From the NCBI RefSeq assembly GCF_009914755.1, contig NC_060941.1: DNA of 64,000 nucleotides. One strand, 5' to 3'. Origin of the DNA: the human T2T-CHM13v2.0 reference genome, Homo sapiens. How positions within the stretch are numbered: the stretch's first letter is position 1; every line of letters starts with the position of its first letter. Shown piece by piece: positions 51,036-64,000 of the stretch. The notes below the pieces were generated by a model. The model was not told where the DNA came from. It did not search any database and saw only the letters and a program-made list of their open reading frames with translations. The translations under genes and the position numbers were made by a program.

Positions 51036-52383
51036 TAATTAACTGTGGAGACCAGAGTCCTTTCTCTGATGACAGGGTGCTAATGGGCTGGGCTTCCTGA
51101 CTGCACTCTGCCTTGGGGGCTTAATGATTCAGCGTGGAATGAGTTTTGTTGTTAGGGTGGACAGAAAAACCCTATGGCAAAGTCACTGATTTCCCTGAGT
51201 GTGCCCTTTGGAATCCCACAAGTCTTATCCCCCATTACCCCTCCACTCAACCTGACATGGCCCTATGGGAATGGAAGCGCTTGCCTCCATCTATCTTAAT
51301 CTAATTACCTAGTCCTTAGAGGAATGTACTCCATAAAAATTCAGAGATGTTTAACTGGAATTGGCCATTTCTTCTGAGCTGAGAACTGTGGCTTTTTAGG
51401 AGGATTATTCAGAAACGAACAGCAATATTAATTAGTTTAGTTCCCACAGCATGGTTTCTTTTGAGAAGCATGCTGGTTTTTTGTTTTTTTTCATTTTTTT
51501 TTTTTTTTTCTATTCTGAGGAAAGGTCCTTTTTCTGAGTTGGTCATATGGACACCACCTGCGGGGGCTGCCTACCCACCCCACTGCTGGGCTCCCTCAGG
51601 ACCCATTCCTCCTGTTCTCTCATGTCTCCTTTCGCAGCTTCAAAAGCAGCTCTGTTCTTGGTTCTGTGCCCCACCTTGTTCTAATCTCAACTGTCTTTGT
51701 TCACTGTGGGCACAAAGGGCTAGGAAGGGGCAGTGTCACTGCTGTCACTTCTTTATGGGGCAAGAAGCAGTCTGGATGCTTTCTTTTGTGCACAGTTTAG
51801 CTTCTTTGTTCATCGGACTTTGTTTGCCTTCTCAGCAATCTCATTGTTACATGATTAGAAATGGAAAGAGGTCATTTTGACTGTCTTATCGAAAGGGATA
51901 GGGAAAATGACCGTATTTATCGTATCTCTTTACCTCTGTGGATTCTTTCCTGGGCCTTTCCTATTGATATTTGGTTTATTTTGGGGACGTCAACATTGCT
52001 CAGCCCACCCATTCTTACAGAAAGCTTTAAGGGAAGAAAGCCTTAAGGGAACTCTTCTCTGTATGTTTCACATACTAATCTTCCCCTTCCTTTATGCTTT
52101 TTTTTTTTTAAATAAAAAAAAAAAACTCATTACTATAGGGAATTCAATTGGCAGCCTTTTTCTAGGTATTTATAATCCACGTCTGAGAATCCCAAAGGAA
52201 AAGAGACCTATATCAGAAAATTTAGCTTAAAGTATTTATTTGGACAACCTTTGCATGTTTATTTTCTAAAGGTAGGAAATTTATTTCTACAGATTTACCT
52301 TCAGCTTTTTTAAAAAATTGGCATTGTTATGTCATTAACAGCTATATACATGTACTTTTTTCAAAACAACATTTACGGCCTAA

Positions 52384-52653
<270 letters not shown>

Positions 52654-53407
52654 TAAGTGCTGACCTCTGACATGGCTCTGATACTCCAGGCCCATCAAGA
52701 CAGGCTTTTCTCCCTGGGGGAGGTGATAGAATATTCTGAAAACCAACGTACATGTTGAAAAACTATGACTATGCAAAGAAAAAGCCCCCTCAAAGGGCAC
52801 AATTCTATCTGAGTGATGCCCCTCAAAATAAATAGCCTGTGAGGTTTGTGACTCAGAAACCTTGTGACCCCTTACCTCTTTGGTGTCATTTTGAAATTTT
52901 GCCTCCAGTTCTGTTTTTTGACTAGATCCATAGCCACCTGAAGCCTAATGTTGCCATGGAGTTTTGTTCTGCTCTTTGGTTCCTGCTGGGTTCTTCTTGG
53001 GTTGAAATGAAAAATCACTTCAATCAGTCCACCCATAATGAAATGCTGATCTAATGTTTGATACTCCAGCATGAAATTAAAATGAAACCACCCTTGCCAC
53101 CTCCACCCCCAGCGCCTGTTTCCAAAAGTTTTATGAAACTTTGTGGATGCTTTACCTCAAAGATGCCCTTGGGCTTCTTCCAGGAGAGCCATATAATCCA
53201 TAGAAGGTCAAGAAGAGGTCAGTGAGCCTGCTTCCTGTCCCCTGTTCTCTGTCATGCATCCAGAATCAGAGCAACAGATTCTGAAGTCAAGCTGCTGGAA
53301 TCTTGTGTGCTACCATCTCACTTTAACCACAAGTTTCTTCTTGACTTTCAACATCGTTGATCAAAATTAGATCTTGTGGTGAGGGGGTATAGTGTGGGGT
53401 GGTGTAG

Positions 53408-53737
<330 letters not shown>

Positions 53738-55140
53738 TGAAGAAGACTGATGATGAGGAAACCAACTGGAAATGACAGGAACTTTGTGCATTGCCACAGA
53801 GACTAGACCTAGACAGAGAATCCCTTTTTCTAAGACAAAAACCTGAAGAGGAAGCAGTTAAATTGAAGGGGAATAGGCAGAGGTGAAAATTACCTGGTTG
53901 GGCTGGTCTGAGACAGAAAGGTGGAAGTTCACATGGTGGAAACGTTTTTCTGATCAGATAGAGACAGATGATTAGAACTTAGGCCATTTGTAGAGAAGGC
54001 AGCATTTCAAAGCTGCCTGCGGGCAGTTGCCATTGTGCCGAGTATGTGTGTGGCTCCAGTGTCAGGTGCATTAAGATGTTTTTGCCCCTAGTCTGAGCAG
54101 CAATTTGGAGGAATTTGTTAACAGATGTTTAGGGTTAGATGGACTGCTTGCCTGAGTCTGTCTGAAAGTGTGTTGGTTTGCATGTTTGATTTTTCAGAAC
54201 CCATTGTCCCTGCCCTTTAGTCTTAACCAGATCATTTCCTGCACATGGCTGTAGAACATACTGGCCTTTTCTGTGTCCTGCATAATATATTCCACTAAAT
54301 GAAGTGTGCTTTGGCTTTTTGTATTTTGTTTTTTTACAGAGGATTATTTTCTAAAGAGATGTTAGCTTTCTAAGCCAGTTGTTAAAATTCACATCATTTC
54401 CTGCTTTGTAGATGTTTAACCCTCAATGCTGCATCCTTGCTTTGCAATAAATTTTCCCAAGTGTTTCAGGCTGTGCCAACATAGTTTTTGCTTCCCCAGA
54501 CTAAGCAGTCAAGTCACAGTGTTTAACAGTTCAAAAATTTAATGAACTATAAGACACACTAAAAGATGTTTGGATTTTAGATCGTTATAATGTAGTATTC
54601 AGGCCTTTTTTAGGCCAAGGATGATCGCTTGGGATTATTTTGTTTTTTGCCAGCCTGGCGTGATGCTGTGCACACCGTCAGTTCTTAATAAACATTGACT
54701 TGCCAGATGAAACTTCTTCCTGGTCATTCTACCATATGGAGCTATAATACATTTTTCTGAGAGATAATGGCCCATCAGCCATACTGTTTTAGATGGGAGA
54801 GTAAGAAAGATTTGTATGTGAATGGCATTTCATAAGTGCTAGTCAAATTACTGAAGAGAAGTCTCTGAGTCTTTCAAACGCCAGCATCTTCTGACACACT
54901 GGGCATTAGCTGCATGCAGAAAACTAGTTAATTCAGGCACTAGGAGTAAAGCACATGATGAAATTAAAAGACCTGACGCCTATCTGTGAGGAGCTCCCCT
55001 GTTAGCAGGGGCAGTTGAAAACACGTATGTGCAAAATGATTCCAAATCTGAGCAGCAAAGAAACAGTGGCATAACCTTTTTTTTTTTTTTTGGACAATTG
55101 AAACTGGAATTTAGGTGGTAAAAACAGCACTAGTGGAGCA

Positions 55141-55980
55141 GGGCACAATGACACACGCCTGTGATCCCAGCACTTTGGGAGACCAAGGCAGTGGATTGTT
55201 CAGGAGTTCACCATCCTGGGTGACATGGTGAGACATTGTCTCTACAAAAAAATATAAAAATTAGCCGGGCGTGGTGGCGTGAGCCTGTGGTCCCAACTAC
55301 TCTCTGGAGCCTGAGGTGAGAAGATCACTTAAGCCTGGTAGGTCAAGGCTGCTCTCTATCCTGGGTGACAGAGTGAGAGCCTGTCTCAAAAAAAAAAAAC
55401 ACGAAACAAACCCCAGCACTACTTGGCAGGAGAGCTTGTGATTGGCAGAAAAGAGAAGGGAACGCTCTCACAGCTGGCGAGGACTTGGCTCCTGCCTATA
55501 GTCCACTTTCAGAGCAAAAGTAGAGCCACCAGGATGGGCGTTGGTGTTTCCCTCTACAGTGTGGGTAACAGGGCAGGCCCTGCGCTCAGTACCCACATTC
55601 CCAGCTCCACTGGACTTCCAGCTCTGTGATCACTGGACACACTTCCAGCTGTGTGATCTTGGACAAGTTATTCTACCTCTCTGGGCATTTTTTCATCTAT
55701 AAAATGGGGAGGCCTGTGGACAGATTCCTTGAGCACAGGAGTTGGAGACCAGCCTGAGCAACATGGTGAAACCCTGTCTCTACCAAAAATACAAAAAAGA
55801 GAAAGAAAGAAAGAAAAAAGCTGGGCATGGTAGCATGCACCTATGGTCCCAGCTACTCAGAAGGCTGAGGTGGGAGAATTGTTTGAGTCCAGGAGGCTAA
55901 GGTTGCAGTGAGCTGAGATCGCGCCACTGCACTCCACCCTGGGTGACAGAGGGAAACCCTGTCTCAAAAAAAAAGAAAAT
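55141..55980 (+). mobile_element. Two old sense Alus in GOSR2 intron 4 (55141-55400; 55708-55980)
   Basis: Degenerate AluJ-like consensus. Confidence 0.88.
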
Positions 55981-56430
55981 GCAGAAGCACAGCCTCCTCT
56001 ATCCTTAGTTAACTCTCAGTCTACTTGGAGAGGTAAACTATAGATAAAATAGCTAAAGGACACGAGCAAACATTTAACACTGCATTAAGGGGAAGCCATG
56101 GAAAGGAACATTTGGAACCAGCTAGGTTAGTGAGTAGTCAGAGAAAGCCTTTAGGAGACACCCAGTGAGGTCTTGAAGGAATAGCTTTTCCTAAGAGGAG
56201 ATCATGATACAGAGACAAGTATCGTTGGAATGAACGATACTTGTGGAGTGGAACTCATTTGGAGAGTGACAGATCTGAGGAAGTTCCTCTTCTGTGTGGA
56301 CAGAGGCCACCCCAGGCCTTTGCTTGGCTTTTTCTTATCCATTAGGGTCCGCTGATTCTTTCACCAGCCCCTCCGGCTGTTCTGGCTTGGCCTTGGCCAA
56401 AAGACAGAGCAGTGAGACCCCAGGAACTGA

Positions 56431-56724
<294 letters not shown>

Positions 56725-58859
56725 TGACAAGACAGAGCCCTTGAGTTTGGGATCCTTTCTGTTGGAGTTGAGTTATTGTGAGCCTGAAAGTACCCAGTTC
56801 CTTTGCCAGTGCTTGAAACAAACCATGAAGTGGCCTCTCTTAGGATCCAGGTCTTTTCCCATTTACTGAACTTATCATGAAAGTGAGTGCTACTACGAGG
56901 GGTCCAATCACAGGCTGAGAAATTGTGTTACAGAATCTACTCTTGGAAGAATGAAGACGTGGCTGTCCTTTGGTACCTCGCTTTAAGGTGGCTTTCCCTT
57001 AGGACCCCTACTGTGGACTGCCTTATAACTAAAACCTTTTGTATTTTAGTAACTGAATCCCCACTGTGCAGTGTTAGGGCTGCCTGGTTGTTTGCAGTAG
57101 ATTAGAGCTTTAGAAGCTTCTAGAGCTTCTAAAGCCCGTGCTGGTGATCCCAGCGACTCTTCACTCCCTAGCCTTAGGTATTCCTAGAAGCCCTGACCAG
57201 TTGGCACTGCTGAGACTCCAGCCCCTGGGAGTGGTTTACAGAAACATTACACAGACTCTGATGTCAGTCATGATGTTTCAGCCTCTGCCCTTTTCCTGTA
57301 TCAACCCTGATGGATAATAGGGCGTGGGTTCTGTCTGTTATCAGGGTGTGGTCCCCTGTGAATGAAGCACTCCCAGCCACTGAGCTGTGAGAAACAGTCA
57401 CTCGGAAGTGTGAGCTTTATCTTAGTTTTTGTTGGATCATGTTGAGTCTGTCAGCTCCACAGGACTTCAGTACGTTTCTGAACAGTCCCTGCCATCTCTA
57501 CGGGGGAGAGGGTCAGGCAAGCTGCAAGTGACACTCACCTCCTGCTGACAGTTGCAGTGTCTCAGATGGCCTGGAAGGGTGGTCTCCAGCAGCCTGCTGG
57601 GCGCTCCCCTTTCATGAGAGCCACCTGCAGTGACCTGAACTGATACATGTTGATTAGTCTGCCCTTTCTTTAGAAAACTGCTACTCTCCTTTTCATATCT
57701 CAGAAAAACAGTAGAGGCCTTTTAGGACCAAACTCCATGTCACACTGATGAAGAGCCAGTGGGGGTTAGAGCGTCCTGTTAAGGCACATGCTAGCTTCCC
57801 ACTCAAGTCTGGCAGCGCTGGGGCATCAGCACACCTCTTGCCACCCACACTGATACCAGAGGGGAAGGCTGTGAGGTGGCTGGGGGTTGAGACTTGAGGT
57901 TTCTAACTTTCCTCTGCACACCTGTGGCTACCTGGTGTTTGTCTCTTGATTCCCTCCACCTGCCTCACACCCTGCCTCCGTCGGGATTTTCCACCTACAC
58001 CATTCAAAAGGAACATAGGAGAGGGCATGAAGGGGCTAGGCTGAAGCACTCTGATGACTGGGGCCAATTTGTGGCTGAAAATGAATACATTTTTTGAAAT
58101 TTATGGTCATTTTCAAGTGATTTAGAAGGTTGATCCTTAGCCTCATACAGTGATGAAATAATCTGTGTGTTCAGAGCCAAGCAGGACTTTAGCAAGAGTC
58201 TGATTGTATTGTCACTATCTCGGGGAAAAAAAAATACAAATACATTTCTCTGATCTCTGATGGCAATGAAGTTTGACTTGTAATTTCTCTGGCTGAGGCT
58301 TCTTAATTGCTTTCTGGGCAGAATGTAGATTTTGGATTCCTGTCCATGATGCCTAATGTTGATCTCACTTTCCTTGTTTCTCTCAGTTGCTCATTAATGT
58401 GTATTTATTAAAAAAAAAAAAAAAGGATATGGGGCATGAGGTTAGATGCCATGCATATAAGTTGCAGTGGGTGATATGTGCTGAGTGACTTGGGGTCTGC
58501 CCCGGCATTCACTTATACTTGTTTCTTACTAAGAAATTGAATGTGCTTTAAGCTGAAAATTAGAAAGCAGTAGGGAAGGACAGGCTGGATGGTTTGGGTT
58601 GTTGGTTTAGGAATAAAATGCCCTTTTGTTTTGGTGGTGGGTGATGCCATCTATAGAAGGGTTTTAGGTCATTGTGTTGGTGTCTTTCCGTCTTTCCCAC
58701 TTGAGACCCTCTTGTAAATATGGACTTGACCCACCCATTGTACTCAGAAGAAACCTCAAAGATTGTACTCTACAAAGTAAATAGGTTGGTATCAATGATT
58801 ATTGGAACTAGAGAGCCGAGGACAAGTTTTTTGATGTTGCCTTCTTTTTATAGTATAAA

Positions 58860-60204
<1,345 letters not shown>

Positions 60205-61998
60205 GCCAGCCACGCTCAGTGGCTGAACAGCATTCCCACAGCCTGCAAGTGTGTGTGTGTGTGAAAGAGAGAGGGGGGCCCAGAGGCCGCCTTTTGAAAT
60301 GTTTGCCTGTCTGAACTGTGAAGACACTTGGGAGTGATTGTGGTCTAATTTCCAACCTGCTCTGTTTTCTGTGACATCTTGGAGGGGGAGCTAGTGCCAC
60401 CACCATGCGCGGTGCTTAGGAAATGAAAGAAGTCCCGGGTCTGTCTCTCTCACTCTCGCTCTCACTGGGGGAGGGAAAGAATGGCTTTGGTGGCTTTGTT
60501 CACACAGCTGATGCGTGCCCTGGGAAGGTGTCCACAGTGAGCCCTGTGTGCAGGACTGTCCACACGGTTCACACCTTGTCACCATCAGGCCTTTCTGGCT
60601 CCTGATAGGGTGGAGCAAAAGTGGAAAGGAAAGGAAAGAGGCCTTTTCTCACAGCCATTATATTAAATAGTAGGTCGATTCACATCCTCGTGCTCCTGGC
60701 CACCCTCCCCTGTGCCTCAGTGACATGTAGATGACTGACTGCCAATACTTGTCACCATTCCCTGGAAGCAGCTACCTAGGGGAAACAAGATGTAGTGCTA
60801 TTGCCGATAACAAGTAAGATTTTCCACACTACAGCTGGGTGTTTCTCTTTTCTAAAGTGAGGCCAGTGTTATTTCCCGGGAGTGTTCAGTCTTGACCCTA
60901 GTCACTGATTTTTTCTAGTTGTTAATAGAGTGGTTGGCTTTTAAGGTTCAGAGACTGTGGCTTGGCACCTGCGCCCAGGCTTTGTGGGCCTTTGCCCCTT
61001 AGAAAGTAGCTGTAGGCAAAGATTTGTGATTTTCCAATTACAGTCTCAGCTCTAGTTTTAGTATCTCTAATTCTTTGGTTCCCTTCTCTTCCCTGAAATA
61101 TATTAGCACCTGCCAGCCAGGCCCTCATTTTGCCCAGCCAGTGTGGGCAGATCCCACCGTGGAGACATCTGTAGTGTGTATGTCCTTGTAACACTCTGTT
61201 TTCAGGGACTACAACCTTTTTCCTTCTGTGACCAGCCCCGGATTCAGGCTGTACTAATACCAGGTATATTGTGGAATTTAGTATAAAGGCCAATCTGTCC
61301 TGAAGTCCATCTAATGTGATGAATCACTGAAAGTCTCAGAAAGACCTGGTTAGTGTATGTTCTCATTTACCACAGGCCTACCAGCCCTGGGCACAGCAGC
61401 TTCATGGCAAGACATAAAATGACACTCAAAATCCTTCAGATCTGGAAACCGGCTCAGTATTAACCCTACCTTTGGTTGTCCTGCCCTACCTGCTCTGTTA
61501 GTTTCTTGTTGCTTGAACTGTCTTCTGTCTTATTTCCCTTCCTTTCTGTGTTCCTCTTCACCTCTCTTGTTCCCCTCCCCGCTGCTCTGTAGTCATGTTG
61601 GTCCTTTCAGGCACCTCTGTGGCATAGCTCCCCTTTGGTAAGTTTTCTTAATTGTCATAGATTAACTGAGTTTCCTGGATGCTAATTTCACACTTTCGGT
61701 TGGAGGAGATCTCCATTGTTCCTACCCCTCCGGGCCAAATGGGCCCCAGGTTTCCAAGGAAGGAGCAATCTGTGACTCCTAAAATGGGTTGGGGCCCTGC
61801 CAGAGTTAAAGCAGTGACTGGAGGGTGGACTGGGGGGTTGCAGCATCTTTAGACCTAGATCTGTCTAACTCTGGGGAGGCACATTGACATTTCCATTACA
61901 CACAGCACTGCTGCAGTGCCAGGGACCTAGCGCAGGGCTTTTGGTAATCCATAAAATGGATTCTGAGACTGCGACGGCAAGGCTGTCCTGTCCCCCAG

Positions 61999-62057
61999 GC
62001 ACCCAAGGATCCTGCCAGACAGCACACTTTGGAGGAAGGTCTGCAGGGAGCAGCTGA
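61999..62057 (+). CDS. GOSR2: GOSR2 alternative last coding exon (G-TQGSCQTAHFGGRSAGSS*; 213-aa isoform without TM)
   Basis: Internal donor ATAG|gtggga after 60148 joins acceptor tcccccag| at 61998 in phase; TGA at 62055-62057; peptide matches recalled isoform B. Confidence 0.8.
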
Positions 62058-62437
62058 GCCATTTGTTCTTGAACTCTGGGAGGCAGAAGTCCCCGCACCC
62101 ATCATGCGTGGACTGATAGGACATCTTTTCGTGGTGTGCACCAGTGCTTTCCACACTTGACAGTGGTTGGCTTTGATGAACCCTCATGCTGCACCTTCAG
62201 AGCCAGTCCTCTAGTTTGGAATAAAAATTGCAGAGGTGGTTTTTGGGTCTTTACCACCTGCGGCTGGTGGACAGCAGCCAGTGTGTCTGGACACCCAGGG
62301 GCATTGAGACTGCATGTTGTCACATGACCACTTCTCTTCACACATCTGCTTTCAGTGCCTGGTGAAAAATAGACCTTGGCCTAACAGTGTGACTCTCTCC
62401 ACCGCCTCAGTGTAGGGAAGGGTCCAGGCCAGGGAAG

Positions 62438-62456
62438 GAGCACCCTCTAGTGGAGG
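62438..62456 (-). promoter_or_regulatory. Candidate CTCF site
   Basis: Minus strand reads CCTCCACTAGAGGGTGCTC, one mismatch from the CCASYAGRKGGCR core. Confidence 0.5.
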
Positions 62457-63014
62457 CGGGGGTGAATTCTTAGGTCGAGCTGATGCAAGAAACTCCGGTA
62501 GCCAGCCTCTGTGACCTTGTACATGAGTTTGGTGTGCCTATTGTGATTTAAAACAGGTGGGTTATCAAGAGGAACTTGAGATCTCTTTATTACATGGACA
62601 TTTACTTCAGGGGGACCACTGTAAGAAAAGCCAAACTCCAAGACCAAGTAAGTTAGAGGAGTCTTGATTTTTTAGACTTCACTGCGGAGTTCTGTACACC
62701 CTTTGCCCTGATGAATTTGAATGGGTTTGATTTGCAAATTTGGATTTACACCCATTGTTTTGGAAGCACATCAGCTGAATAAAGTTGAGGTTTATTTTAT
62801 TTAGAAAATCACATTTTGTAAAAGAATTCGATATTCATTTTTATAACTAATGGCCCCCTTTTTTTATGTTTCTAGGCCAGAGATTCTCAAACACTGCTCC
62901 ATGGCCAGGGGCTGGGCTGGCTGCTTCAGAAGCAGTGGGGAAGCTTTTTAAAATTACATATTCCTGGGGCCTACCCCAGATCTGAATTAGAACCTTTTTT
63001 AAATCTCTAAGGTG

Positions 63015-63329
63015 ATTTTATTTTATTTTTTATTTTTGAGACAGTCTCGCTCTGTCACCCAGGCTGGAGTGCAGTGGCGCAATCTTGGCTCACTGCATCC
63101 TCTGCCTCCTGGGTTCAGGTGATCCTCATACCTCAGCCTCCTGAGTAGCTGGAACTACAAGTGTGTGCCACCATGTCTGGCTAATTTTTTTTTTTTTTTT
63201 GTATTTTTTAGTAGAGACAGGGTTTTACTATGTTGACCAGATTGGTCTTAAACTCCTGGCCTCAAGTGATCTGCCTGCTTCGGCCTCCCAAAGTTCTAGG
63301 GTTACAGGTGTTAGCCACTGTACCTGGCC
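63015..63329 (-). mobile_element. Alu in distal GOSR2 3' region, inserted in a MER5-like element
   Basis: Alu consensus; TSD CTCTAAGGTGATT. Confidence 0.92.
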
Positions 63330-64000
63330 TCTAAGGTGATTCTGATGTGTGTATTTTGGAACCACTGTCTCCTAGACAGAAAGCTTCTGTCTCAAAGATG
63401 ATCACATTGGTGTAAAGAGCAAAACTTGTTAAGTCCAAAATAAATTCTTACTGTTTATATCCTACCTTAGTCCAAAAAAGATTTGAGGAGACTTTGAGGA
63501 AATAACTGAAACAGATACAAAGAAGTGAGGCACAAGAACAAATCAAGTCAGTGTAGAATGTCGACATCAGGACAAGGAACTCAAACGTTGTAACACCCTA
63601 AGAAATGTTTGGGGAACCCTAATTTGACTTTCAGCTCCAGTAGCCAAAGCAAAGAAAGAAACGTCATCTGTTACTGTCTCAACCGGGGGGTGACATTTTC
63701 TCAAGGGAAAGCCTAGGCCCTTCATAAACAGCTTGCCTGTAGGCCTCACGGAGGTCAGACAGGGATTTTCCTGGCTCCATCCCTGCCAATCTGAAACCCT
63801 CTCACTTATGTTCTCCATCATTTATCCTCATTATGCAGACAAGGGGCTGAGCTGTGGTGACTGTGAAGGCCTCACAGGAGTCCGAGAGGAGCTGGCCCCT
63901 CATCCAGCTTGGAACCATGGGCCCACTTAATCTCCCACACTTCTCGTGGGGTGCTCTGCTGGGGTCTGGGGGGATTGAGAGGTGTGCAGGGGACTGAGAT

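Larger units (their letters stand above)
60205..63465 (+). other. GOSR2: GOSR2 3'UTR with tandem polyA signals
   Basis: ATTAAA 60662-60667; AATAAA 62220-62225, 62778-62783 and 63439-63444; actual cleavage sites cannot be determined from sequence. Confidence 0.65.

Overview
Human (primate) genomic DNA matching chr17q21.32, from the 3' end of WNT9B through the complete GOSR2 (membrin/GS27 Golgi Qb-SNARE) gene on the + strand. Six coding exons (44639-60204) splice through GT-AG introns to a 639-nt CDS (212 aa plus stop). Two alternative C-termini lacking the transmembrane anchor can also be built from the sequence, and this haplotype carries Lys67. About 0.65 kb upstream of the GOSR2 start codon is a chimeric retrocopy: a full-length U6atac snRNA fused to a 5'-truncated L1PA, bounded by one shared target-site duplication and inserted into an ERV1 solo LTR. 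Near the start of the window, an antisense Alu supplies a terminal coding exon that matches my recollection of a WNT9B isoform, with a candidate polyA signal inside a related LTR. The rest is Alu/MIR/L1/L2/LTR/DNA-transposon-rich intergenic DNA with microsatellites and several candidate enhancers. Most ORFs in the supplied track are repeat-derived artefacts. Repeat subfamily names and locus identities are from recall, not database searches. I found no clearly new biological system; the most striking items are locus-level examples of known phenomena.
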